Shown piece by piece: positions 1 through 11,785 of a DNA stretch of 64,000 nucleotides. Position 1 is the first letter of the stretch. Every line of letters begins with the position of its first letter. The DNA comes from Fistulifera solaris. Taxonomy: Eukaryota. The stretch spans positions 992,001-1,056,000 of the forward strand of contig AP026123.1 in the NCBI GenBank assembly GCA_030295235.1. The letters are read 5' to 3'. Both the position numbers and the translations under genes were made by a program. A model generated the notes under the pieces. The model saw nothing but the letters and a program-made list of their open reading frames with translations, did not search any database and had not been told where the DNA came from.

Positions 1-72
1 GCTTGACAGTAAACTGGCAACTTGTTCTTTCGTAAATAGAAAATCACCAATCTACACACATTGAAAAGACAA

Positions 73-642
73 ATGGGGGCACTGTGCAGCAAGGGATTCG
101 GCTCGTCGAAGCGAGTGTCGGTAGACTGTCCCATGGAATTCGTCTGGGAAAGTATAACAGATTTCCATCATTATCCCGAAATTATGTCGACTATCAGTTC
201 GGTTCACTGCTTGAAAGAGGATCCAGGGAAAGCAATCACGTGCGGTACTCGGTGGAGAGAAACGCGTTCCTTTCGAGGGAGACCTGTCATAATAACAAAA
301 ACGGTTACCTCGGTTGACGACGAACAAAAGGATTTCAAGATAGTTAGTATTCATTCAGGATTCACGGAACCTCAAGTTGGAAGTGCCGATTTGGGAGATG
401 CGGTCTATACTAGTACATTCGCTGTGAAACGAACGGCACCGCAACGTTGTGAATTGCACGGATCTTATGCAGCATTGTACGGGCCTTGGAAGAGAAGATT
501 GGTGGCAGCGTGTCTTGAATGGTATCTGCCGAAAGCGGTAGATAGAGCATTTGATGCCGAACTAAAAGATTTTGCGAACGAAGCCTTGGCGCGGTATCGT
601 CGATCGCAAGTCAACAAGAACAGTGGCCAATTGGATTCATAA
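73..642 (+). CDS. SRPBCC/START-like (polyketide cyclase-type) protein
   Basis: ORF from ATG 73. The pattern 'VSVDCPMEFVWESITDFHHYPEIMSTISSV...GTRWRETR' and a C-terminal helix 'VDRAFDAELKDFA' are typical of SRPBCC domains. Confidence 0.65.
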   Translation: MGALCSKGFGSSKRVSVDCPMEFVWESITDFHHYPEIMSTISSVHCLKEDPGKAITCGTRWRETRSFRGRPVIITKTVTSVDDEQKDFKIVSIHSGFTEPQVGSADLGDAVYTSTFAVKRTAPQRCELHGSYAALYGPWKRRLVAACLEWYLPKAVDRAFDAELKDFANEALARYRRSQVNKNSGQLDS

Positions 643-1143
643 AAATGGAGGCACCCACGTAGTAAGAAAGGAAAGGCTAACAGAAGCCTTGTCGTCTACG
701 TCGCTTTGTTGTTCACTCTCTGGTTCTTCGAGAAGAAAGACAAGACTCTAATTGAACGCCGATGATATTATTTTGAAAGAATTGTGAACCGCTTCATCCT
801 TCTCGAAAGTTTTCTCGTCCGTGCTCGTCCAAGACTTTTCCTTTAACAGTTCGTCCGTACTTATAGTACGGTATCGTTAGTCGGGTGAAATTCTATTTAG
901 ATGTTACAGGTATTCAACGGTTAAATGATCAGTACTAGTGCCCTCTATTGCCAATTCTATTGCGACCCGTCGCGTTCCGCTCGCTCTCTTTTTATTGCGG
1001 ATTATATTGTTCCGTTTACTTTGTTGTTGCGTTGCCTTCGAGTTTACGAAGATTACAAATATTAACTTTGCATAGGCGTGAAACCTCTCTCGAAACGTTG
1101 TTGCCTTTAGGTTCAACTTGCTGCAAACTCAGCGCACTTTAAT

Positions 1144-1971
1144 ATGCCGCCGCTGACGGCTCTTCTTTTCGGTGGATGGAAGCGCCGCGTTTGCACTCCG
1201 AAACTCCCCACGGTCTTTTGTATTTCGCCAACGGCACGACGATACGCGAAAGCTGCCGTTCAGTATACTCTACTGTGTTTCGTTCTCATTATTCTGGTGT
1301 TGTGGTTGGGAGCCGAATACGAAGCATTTCGTATTCGTCGAGCGGGAGTCGACACTGAAGTTCTATCAAACAGACTCTGTTTGTGGAATCATTCAACTAC
1401 AAAACGAAAGCGAGACTCCACTTCTGATTGATACCTTCGAAAACATGACAGTTGCAGAAGCCTATCCTGAACCAGTCACCGTAGCACATTGTGGTGACTG
1501 CGGAAAATGCTCCAATCCACACGACGTGAATATTTACGACGACACCAAGAATACCTTATTTGACACTACCCTTACCTGCGGGAAACGAGCTTTCATTTGG
1601 GGCCGACGAACGGCCGACAAGTGCATGATGGAGAACGTGGGATTCACAGAACCTTGCAACGAATGCTGGGTCGAGAACATACTCTGCGACTTACGATACT
1701 GTATCTTCACATGTATCTGGTACGGTCTCTTCAACGAAGCAAATACGGGACAAGACCAAAAACACTCAATCCCTGCACTCGCTGCGATGAACTACGTTGT
1801 GGTCCCGAGTTTGTAACATGCGCGGGCGTCAATCGACGACGAGCTGGTATTCTCAGTGACATTGAACGAGATTTGAAAAATGAAGTTTGCCACGAAGCTG
1901 CACCTAATTGGTGGAAAGACCCTGTGTTGCAAGACAAATGGAAGCAACAAAATCACGAACGCGGTCTCTGA
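1144..1971 (+). CDS. Cys-rich membrane-anchored protein of unknown function (frameshifted)
   Basis: Joined from ORFs 1144 (TM 'YTLLCFVLIILVLWLGA'), 1172 ('AHCGDCGKCSNPHD...CNECWVENILCD') and 1597 ('LNPCTRCDELRCGPEFVTCAGVNRRRAGILSDIER'). Two apparent indels. Confidence 0.7.
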
Positions 1972-2331
1972 TTGAGCAGATGATCGATATATCACGTGCC
2001 CGACAGATTTCGAGTCGTCAATGATACGAAAACCCAAAGAATTCATACTGAGCCCGCGTGGTGTTCCACTTTTGACAATGTAATCCGTGGAATGACAAAT
2101 AGACACCGTGTATAAATTAGTTATTGCGTTGCAATCCTCGTCACTAGACTGCATTCTTCATTAATTTTGCAACGCTTCTTCGTACGAGCCGTACACTCCT
2201 TTCACCACAAATTCTGCATAGCGCAACGTTTGCACAAGACTTTAGTGTTATTGTAGCTTTATTCTGCGTTATATATCTTTTGCCTGCTAAACTTTATTTC
2301 ATTTTGAAGCATAGTAAATTTGATTGGTTCG

Positions 2332-3802
2332 TCATGGTTGAGATTGTGCCGAGCAAACATTTGCTCGACATTTATAGGAAGTTTGCGCTAAAATTTCCGC
2401 TCGACTAAATTTGCCACCCACTTTGGGAGGAGCGGGTACAATGGCTCCACTGGCAACTAATGCTACCTCAGCGTCGAGTAATGCCTGTAAGTCGGCTTTC
2501 AGGGGCTTGGGGAAGCCCTGGGGGACACCCGATTCCTCGAGGAATCCAAACGCCCCGCGGTAGTCCTTGGGACCGAACTGAAGGTTGTTTTTAAATGAGC
2601 CGGGATGATCCGTTGAAACTCCCAAGTAGCGACTTGATCCGCAAAGTCGAGAACCTCCACCGGGCTCCGATTCAATAAGAGTGTTTGTAAAATGGGCGCC
2701 ACGAGTGGTTTTCCTCCGGGTGCCGTACCCGTGAGACCTTTCCAAGATGCTTCTTCATCTCCGACCCAGTCCCACGGATAGACTCCGGCAAAATCAGAAT
2801 TAATGTCAGGTCGTCGTTCGTTTAGAGCAGTCCCGACGTCTTTGATGGTAATGGCCGACGGCATGAAAAGAGCCCAAACAACACAACTCGCTTCCATCCC
2901 TTCTTCAGTGTTTCCGGTGTCTCTGTCACCACATCGGTGACTGTATCACGCGCATGATACAGCAACGGCGCCGGATCTGTTTCGTAAATGGCGGGTATTT
3001 CGTCGGTGACTTGGACCGCCGTATCGGTCACGAGCAAAGTACGAGTGGGTTTGTGTAAAATAACCGTTTCTCCAAACGCTCCATCCCGACTAATGATGGG
3101 TCCCAAAACACAAACATCCAAATCTTCGTTCCAGTCTGCGGGCGCTTCGGAAAGGGACCGGGGTACGGTTCGCGTCCGTCGTGCCGGAAATCCCAAATAC
3201 GGATCCGGCAAATTGACGGGGAACGAATATTGACCCGGTGTCAACCAGACGCGGGCCTGTGGAAATTTCTGGGCAAAGACTCCCGCGTATACTTTGTGTT
3301 CCAAAGCCACCGATCCGACGACAATGTCACGAATGGGGCCATGTTGTTCGACCAGTTCTTGCACCAATTGGAGACACTCGGGTGTCGCGGCAATGGGATT
3401 GTAAACAAACAAACCATTCTTTCGCTTAATGATGGTCATTCGTAACGGAACTTGTACATCGAGAATACCAAATTTTTGATCGAACGTCCAAATTTGATCG
3501 GGTACAATGGTTTCGCGAATTGTTTTCTTGGATTTGTACGTGCCGACGGGCAAGATCCCCCAGAGACCATAATCGGTGGGTTGAATTTCTTTGGTGCCGG
3601 CATATGTGAGCGTAAGACCCGCCGCCGCGATAGCTAACTCCATCATGGCTCTTCGGCGTGGTGAAGTAGTAGTGTCATTATTATTTTCCGGAGAAGTGGA
3701 TCGAAGTGCTGTCGTTCGTGAGAAATGGGAGGGAGACAAAACCCACGCCGATGCCGCTGTGATGAGTAATACGGCGAGCCGAACTGACGCCGGCTTTAGC
3801 AT
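2332..3802 (-). CDS. DUF4336-family protein, plastid-targeted (frameshifted)
   Basis: Signal peptide ending 'AASA-W' followed by a transit peptide. Motifs 'IWTFDQKFG...VPLRMT', 'LEHKVY', 'PGQYSFP', 'LHKPTRTLLVTD', 'IIPAH'. Continues through ORFs 2499-2897 and 2332-2745. Confidence 0.75.
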
Positions 3803-4182
3803 TATTGTAGTAAGATGCTGTTTTGCGTTAATGAGATTTTAATTCTCTGCCGTTTGATGGATGTTATGAAGAATGAAGATGCTTTGATTGCACTAATGAA
3901 GAATGGAAATGAAACATCGGTGTTCGGTTTTTGTGATCGAAAAAACGCCGTAATGACGTGTTTGGGCGTCTACAGTTTGAGGGAGAGTGTTCATGCATCC
4001 GCGTTTCGCCGTCTGGCTTTGTCGGTTAGATCGCGAGATCGAGGGCAGCCGATGAAAGTTGAAAAAATGCTTTGCGCGACGACAATAAAACACGCAAAGG
4101 TGCAGTTAACAATATTTATTTTTTTGCCCTATTTCTTTCTCAGTTGTAACTCTAATTTTCAATCCTTTCAACACACAAAGCA

Positions 4183-5598
4183 ATGAGTTACTCCGGAGGT
4201 CCTCCTCCGCGCGGATGGAATGACGGCCCGCCTCGACGCGGTCCTCCTCCTCCGCATCATCATCATCGAGGTCCACCACCGATGATGCGCGGCGGACGCG
4301 GTCCGCCCCGACGCGGTCCCCGTCGCAGTCATCATCCGACGCTCATTCCGTTTCGATCGTACGAAGAAGAACGAGACTGGGTCGAAGATCGGCGACGCAA
4401 ACGCTTCGCGCGAACGTCGAAATTCGATCAACTCCCGCAAGCCGCGTCGACTTCGTTCATTATTCAAGCCGTCGATACTTCGGCGTCGCAACAAACACGA
4501 CATGCCCGACGATTGTACGTGGGGAACATACCGGTGGGCGTCACGGAAGCTTTGGTGCAAGAAACCTTCACGCAAGCGATTCATACGGCACTCGTGGAAC
4601 CATGGAAGCATCCGGAACAGCCCATTATTTTGTCTGTCTACATTAATCGGGAACGACAATACTGTTTCATCGAATTCACCACGGTCGAAATCACCACAGC
4701 GTGTATGGCACTGGACGGTATGATGTTGCAGGGACAGGCCGTCAAAATCAAGCGACCCAACGATTACAACCCTCTCACGGCCCCCAAGGTGCATCCGTCG
4801 GCCCTGCCCGAACTTGACGTCAGTCGACTCGGCATTGTCGCGACGACGGTCATGGATGGGCCCAACAAAATATTCATTGGAGGCTTGCACTATCATTTGC
4901 AAGATGCGCAAGTGTTGGAATTACTGCAAGCCTTTGGTAAAGTCAAAGCCTTTCATTTGGTCAAAAATGAAGGCACCGAATTGAGCAAAGGATACTGCTT
5001 TGTGGAATATGCCGATCCGTCCATTACACCCATAGCTGTACAGGGCCTCAATGGGATGGACATTGGTGGAGGTAAATGCTTGACGGCGCGGTTGGCCGGA
5101 GAGCGATCGGCGGATATGCCGGGCATGCCCCCGATATCCCGGTCGCCCCGCCGGTCGATGAAATACCGCTCGATCGTACCATTGTGACGGGTTACGACGT
5201 GGAAGCTTTGGTGGATGCGGCCATGGGATTGCGGGAAATGCCGTCGGCGCCGCAGTTTTATGACGCCATGGGACAGCCATTGACGCGGATTGTGGCAACG
5301 ACCATCGTCCCGATACCGTCTCGCATTCTAATGTTGAGGAATATGGTGACCGATGACGATCTGGCGAGTGAAGAAGCTACGGAGGATTTGGAAACAAGAA
5401 GTTGGGGAAGAGTGCAGCAAATTTGGTAATTTACTCGCAATTGAAGTACACGAGAGACTGATTTATTTGGAATATGAGAATCTGGGAGCGGCGGTTTCAG
5501 CACAGCGTGAATTGCAGGGAAGACAGTTTGGCGATGCCGCTGTTGAGGCATCCTTTGTGACAGAAGACGAATATGCGAAAGTGAAAAGAGCGAATTAA
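4183..5598 (+). CDS. U2AF2: Splicing factor U2AF large subunit (frameshifted near C-terminus)
   Basis: 'TRHARRLYVGNIP', 'KIKRPNDY', 'VMDGPNKIFIGGL', 'SKGYCFVEY'. The UHM domain ('RILMLRNMV...EECSKFG...GRQFG') lies in the downstream frames. Confidence 0.93.
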
Positions 5599-5889
5599 AA
5601 AAGGAGACCGAGTTGTTTAATCTTGGTTCTCAACAACGTTTGGCCACTTTGAAACTCGGCGCTGTAAATGTTATTCTATCACTGGTTAAGAAGCTGGCGT
5701 ACGGATTAAAATTGTGAGGTCTCACATATCTTTATTTTCACTCCCTTTTTCTTTCTTTCTCTCGTTCTGTTTTCTTTCTTTAAGTATCAGTCTTCTACGG
5801 TGCGGTAGCGATTGTCTCAATGAAGGTTGGAATTTCGTTTGTCAGTCCTAAAAAGTAAGTTATTAGCATTCGCATGGCATTCGCCGTTC

Positions 5890-7674
5890 TCATTTATATT
5901 CTTTAGCTCGCTGCTGCACCCACTCGACCAGTAGTTTCACCCCGTAGCCAGATGCTTGACTTGCTTTAAAGTTCCAAACAGGCCCCGCGATATCGATATG
6001 CGCAAATGGTTTGTTGCCGTCGACAAAGTTTTGCAAAAGAGAGCGGCAGAAATGGCCCCTCCATAACGCCCACCTAAGTTCTTAATATCGGCTACTTTTG
6101 ACTTGAGGTCTTCTTTGTAGTCCTCCACAAGTGGCATTCGCCAAATCTGCTCTCCCGTTGCCTTCGACGCCCTGATGAGTGAATCTGCTAGATCATCCGA
6201 GTCCACCCAAAGCCCCGCCACGGCTGATCCTAGTGCCACCATACATGCACCTGTCAAAGTTGACAGTTCCACAATCTCTTCGCATTGCACTTCTTTATCC
6301 GCATACACCAGGGCATCTGCCATTGTAAGACGTCCTTCGGCATCTGTGTTAAGAACTTCAATGGTCTTTCCATTAGATGCCACCAAAACATCGGAAGGAA
6401 CACAAGCTCGCTCACTGATCATATTTTCGCAAGCCGCCACAATGAAGTGTACCTCAACGCCTTCTGGCTCCAGTTCAGCCAGCGCCAAGGCAGCACCCAT
6501 CACGGCCGCTGCGCCACCGCAATCAAATTTCATCATTTCCATCATGGATGTTTTGATGTTATAACCACCTGTGTCGAACAATAGTCCTTTACCAATAATG
6601 CCGATCTTGTGTAGCTTGCCTCGTCCTCTACGAGGCTTATATGTCATATGAATGAACTGGGCCTCTGTCTCGCTGCCTCGTGCGACCCCAAGGAAGGCGC
6701 CCATCCCAAGTCGCTCACAATTTGCCGACGAAAGAATTTTACAAGAAAGCGAGCGGTAGCGACTCGCCAGTCGCTCGGCTGTATCCGCGAGTGCCAATGA
6801 ATTGAGAACGTTGTGGGGTGCGTTTACAATGTCGCGAGCCATGTAGTTGGCCCGTGCGATCGATGCTCCTTTCTGTAAAGCATCCTGGACATCAATCTGG
6901 GAACTGGCATCATTCAGGGTAATGAATTCCACCGTGACAGCGCCACTCGATTCTTTTGCCTTTTCTTTTCTGAATTGCCTTTAAAGCGCATATCTTTGTA
7001 CAGTGTGGTCCAGAATGAAAAAGCTACCTCAGTCCACGCAGACGCTTCCAACTGGAATGGCATCAGTATCTTGATTGATTTGCCTTTTTGCTATCATCCT
7101 TTTTCTTCGAAACGCTCTCCACCAGGTTAGCGACAGCCGCTCCGAGCAAACGGGCCTGTTTCAGAGCGGCCGTTGAATTCGTGACATTCCCGAACTGCAT
7201 GCAATAGATAGACTGAGGGGACTGTCTCGATTCTTTAATGAGGACCGCGCTTGACGACAGAGTAGCAATCGAAGCGTTTTCTACCTCAGCTTTCAATGCA
7301 ATCAACGTATCCGAAAGTGATTGATCGTACACCAACTGCTGTAAACTATCTTGTATTGCCGAAAGCGCGTTTTCAAATGACGAATTACTCAGACCATCGC
7401 TTCCGTCGTGACTCAGCAGTTCCAGCCAATTAACAGAGGCATTCGTTTCATTCGACTCTGCAGTTATACCCATCACAATGGCATCTGCATCTAAAATTCC
7501 TGCATGAAACGGGTTGCTACTAAGGGAAACATGCGTCGGCAGTTCGTTCCATTCCATGTGTCGATTCGGGCGAAGAAAAGTCCATGTAGGAAAGCTACTT
7601 TTGCTGCTCGCAGCAAGCGCACCTGCAGCGAAAAGAAGGCAAGATATACTGTTAACTCTTCCCATGATGTGCAT
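5890..7674 (-). CDS. Leucyl aminopeptidase, M17 family, with N-terminal signal peptide (frameshifted)
   Basis: 'IGKGLLFDTGGYNIK', 'MKFDCGGAAA', 'NTDAEGRL', and 'AHIDIAGPVW' in the shifted frame ending at stop 5890. ORF 7063-7674 supplies a hydrophobic N-terminus. Confidence 0.9.
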
Positions 7675-8495
7675 GGTATAACCTGCTTATTACTCTAGAC
7701 TATTGTTGGAGATGTCATTGGATTTTCTTCGTTTGAAAGATGCGTCGAAGCTCAAAGGGAAAATCGTGTCCCGTGTAATTGAGATTACAGTATCTGTTAC
7801 TGTGCTCCTTTTCTTGTTGTGAGTCACGAGTCTCAAAGTGGGTGCAGTCTGTCCATGCGTCCTCAGCGACATTTTTCAGCCACACTGCGACATAGACCGA
7901 GACCCGGGTACCGTTCCGATGTAGACAATACAGTGAATGCCTACACTTACATTTCTTGTACTTTAAGGGCCTATTGTACTTAAACCGTGCTTTTCGGCCA
8001 AAAATGCAAGGGCATAGCACAGGATTTTTCAGCCCTTTTCGTTTCACCTTCACTTCGTGCTCCGGAGCTACTTTTGAAGGCATTCAATAATACTCTCAAA
8101 TAACCTTGCATTCACGTTGCTGATTCGCCAATAGAGACATCTACGAAACGCCGCAAAGAAATTCGGCTCGGTGAAAGTTGTATCTCCATTTTACTAGGAT
8201 TGCTTTGCTCGATGCTCGTTGGCTCTTGTTGCCGCAGAATTAGATCCATTGATGTCGGCAGCGGCGGGACGAAAAAAATGTATTAGCTAAAGATACGAGG
8301 CTTGGGAACTTTGGCTACCATATTACTGCGTGTGAACACTGACGCATCGAGGGTCTCGACAGCCTTTACACTGCACCTTACTCGACATCAGGTACACAGC
8401 GTATTTTCACCGCTACGATCTTCATGAATTTGTCTATTCGTGGATTTGAAAAGCCGAAAGTGCACAGTCGAAATTTCACAAGCTTTACCATTCAA

Positions 8496-9063
8496 GCAGA
8501 CGCCTTTCGATTCACCCGTGTTGACTGGCTCCTCTGGGTAAAGCGCTGGGTTGGAAATGCTTGATTGCAATAGTCGATCGGATCTCAGGGCAACGAGCAC
8601 TTCACGCAACGTACCCAGTAGACCACATTAGAGGATCGTGCTTTGCTAGATTGCTCGGTCGAAGGCTTCATTTGCGACCGGTTATTCCGGGGAATTAATT
8701 TCATTTGAAACAGATGTCAGGGAAGAAGATGCGAGTCCTGTATTGTTGGAGGAATATCGAGCTGTTTCGAAGAGTAATGTTCCTCGGGGAAGAGTTGTTT
8801 TATGCATGCTAGAGTAACAAAGCGATGACCGGATCGAAAAGCGACGATAAAGATACACTGATACAAAGGATACAGAATTACTCCGTAAATAACAGAACGA
8901 ACACGTCATTCGAGACGGTGCTGTCGACAAAACAGTTCCATCGGGGAAGACTGCAGACTCGCTTGATATTCAACCGTGTCAATTGGCTCGTTGAGATGAA
9001 GCGCGAATGGCGAAATGCTCAATGAACAAATGTCCGGTCGCATCTCAGGGCAGCGAAGCCTTC
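8496..9063. repeat. Two diverged copies of a ~110-bp element (about 8496-8604 and 8953-9063)
   Basis: Collinear shared blocks gcagac / ttca-ccgtgt--a-tggctc / aagcgc / gaaatgct / atctcagggca-cga in both copies, about 460 bp apart. Confidence 0.6.
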
Positions 9064-9493
9064 CGACGGGTCCGCAGGCACAGACATCATTTATTTATTT
9101 CTTTTTCCAGCCCGTCCCGCGTGCGCTGCTCGCAACCATTCTCTGTCACCAAACACCTGCATGTTTATCACACTAAAACTCAAAACGTTACAGCCCGATT
9201 AGATTTACCACAAGTTTTAAAAGAGTTTCATCTTCCTCACAGTTTACATAAACTCTTCGAATGATTCATTTATTTCTCGACCGTTAGCCATCATCCTTTC
9301 TAAAAACTTAGTCCGAGTATCAGAAATTCTAAACACGTCAATAGATAGACGGTTCTAAACAGATTACTATCTTCCTTACAACAGACAGATATTCCACGAC
9401 TAGTCCGGTTCTCCTAACTCATAAGTAGCATTCCAAACGACGAGCGCTTAAGAATTCTGATGCTTCACAAGAGAGTCTCCTGAAAAGACCTGC

Positions 9494-11038
9494 TTACCAA
9501 GTAGCACTCAGTTGCATCAACGGCGATCCTTCACGCACAGGCTGAATGCGACCATGCTTCTCGGTGACTTGGATGAGTTCATCCACGAACTTGTCAATCT
9601 TGCTACGAGTTACGTTGGGCATCACTACCACGTGACAAATGTCTTCTTCACAGGCCAACTGCCATCGTTGGATGAAATCGTTGGACAAAGGTCGCTCCAA
9701 ACAAACCGTGCTACTGAGATCATTCAAACGGCACGACAGACCTTTCTCGGTCAGTTTGTCACGCAAGTAACGGGCCGTTTGAATGCAATGCAAAACATCG
9801 CGTTTGATTCCTTCCACGCCCTTCTTGCGCAGACTGTACCACATGTACAAGGCCGCGTGGCCATTTCGGCTACCCATGATGGTCGTATCTACAGAGTTGA
9901 GGTAGTCAATGTGCTGTTCGACGTTTTGAACGTGCTCCTTGCGGCAGAGGGCGATACCGCACGGCATCGGACTGCCGAGCATTTTGTGACCCGAGACAGC
10001 AATACTGTCAATGGGCTTGCGGAAACTGACTTCGGGTGCAAAGTCGATAAAGGGCATCATGAGAGCAAAGAGAGCTCCATCGCAATGGATGTAGTATCGC
10101 TCACGCGGTATTTGTAGTTGCTGCAGCATACGGAGGATGCGATCCAAGTTATCAACGGCACCCTTGACGGTCGTTCCAATATTGACATTGATAATGACGG
10201 GCTTGTCCTTGTTCTCAGCAATGGCTTCGGCCAGAATGTCGTAGTTGATTTCGCCCATGGGTAGAGTGGGGATGGACTGGCATTCCATGCGGTAGTATCG
10301 GGCGGCTTTGAAAACGGAGTAGTGTGTTTCTTGACTTGTGTACAAAATGCCGTCAGGGAAACGTTCCCTGGCAAGTAGAATACCGTGGAGGTTGCCTTCG
10401 GTGCCGCTCGTTGTAACGTATCCCCAATAAGCACCGGGCTGCATCTTCCAAAGGCGAGCAAAGAAATCGATGACAGCCACTTCGAACTGGCGACTGTGCA
10501 CGCCGTAGTTACTCGGTACGAAAGGATCTCCCAAGTTGTTGATGCTGTATTGCAGAACTGCATGACTTCACGGAAGTCAAACATCAAGTTATAGGGGTAA
10601 CCGAAATGAACCGATGACTTTCCCTGCAAGAAAGAGTTGTAGGCAGCGAGAATGTCGGATTCATCAGGTAATCCTTCACGATCGTTCTCGTCCATCGGGA
10701 TAGCGACCGCCTTGGCGGAAAGCATGGCTTCTTCTACCTCACTGGAAAGTCCATCTTTAATATCGTTGGCTCCCCACGCATCAAAGACAGCCCAGGGGGG
10801 AAGGAGTGCCCGACTTGCTGGGGTTAAACGTAGACCAGTCGGTAGGAGTATCACTCTTGGGCAAAACTTCTTCCACCGTTTTAGCCGTTGTTTCCAACTC
10901 CTCCACATCCACTTCAGTTTGCGCCGCAAGTGAGGATTTAAAGCGATTTGTAACAGCCGCGCTTCTTAACGCAGCGAACGAATGACGCTGGCACGAATGA
11001 CGACCGACGCGCGACGCTGCTCGAACAATAAATGACAT
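9494..11038 (-). CDS. Group II PLP-dependent serine/histidine decarboxylase (plant SDC1-like), mitochondrial-type presequence (frameshifted)
   Basis: 'GYPYNL', 'GDPFVPSNYGVHSRQFEV', 'GTEGNLHGIL', 'HYSVFKAAR', 'GTTVKGAVD', 'IHCDGAL', PLP-Lys in 'VSGHKM', 'IMGSRNGH', 'WQLAC'. Confidence 0.9.
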
Positions 11039-11785
11039 GGTTTCTTTTGAATTAAGAAATTGGAAGCAATTAATGAGACTGCAAGAAAAATACAGTTCTT
11101 TCAGATAAAGGCAATGACGAAAGGTAGAACCTTTCTATGCGAATAGATAAATAATAATGGTCACTTTTGGAAGACGGGGTGAGCAAAGAACGCGAAGCGC
11201 AAAACTACAGCCGCCGCACCGCAACGTGTGGTAGGTGTAGTTTTGACTCATCGGATGGCGTGACGCTTGTGTGACGCGCAACCAAGAGAGAAGGCGCAGC
11301 GACAGGCGGTGGTGGCGCAGCTTTTGCTGTTGAATGACGACTGTAGCTGAAAGTGTTGTCTCGTGTAAAAATATTTAACTGACTATTATCCGTTGAAAGT
11401 TGGCATTGGAAATTATTTGAGAAGAGATGACGTATGTAATTATATTAAGTAATGTTTCAACGTATATTTACAAGTAGCTACTTAACAACGAATAATGATT
11501 AATTAGCTCGTTTCTTGTCCGTTGCGAATTAATTGTCATTTTTTTAGACTTAAACGTCGCCTTTTCTCGTCCGTGGTCTGTCATTAAACCGCTCTACTCC
11601 GGAGGGAATTTTGAGAAGAGGAATTTTTCCGAAAACACGAAAACAAAAGCGTCCTTCGCAACCCGCAGTTTTGTTGCGGATTTATTTGAAACCATCATTG
11701 CATCGGCTACTGTATTACAGTATTATTTGTCGAGTGCATGTATAATCACATATTTAAGAAACATCGATAGTTCCACTGCTACAAA

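Noticed and set aside
4168..4911. Long antisense ORFs (for example 4168-4911, 9512-10117, 61687-62211)
   Set aside because: Shadow frames of well-supported genes on the opposite strand.
7715..8083. 122-aa Lys/Cys-rich ORF
   Set aside because: No recognisable motif, and it overlaps the likely promoter of the aminopeptidase gene.
8496..9063. TPP riboswitch (CTGAGA on the minus strand in both copies)
   Set aside because: The downstream C(C/T)TGAT...TAAT...GCG core is absent.
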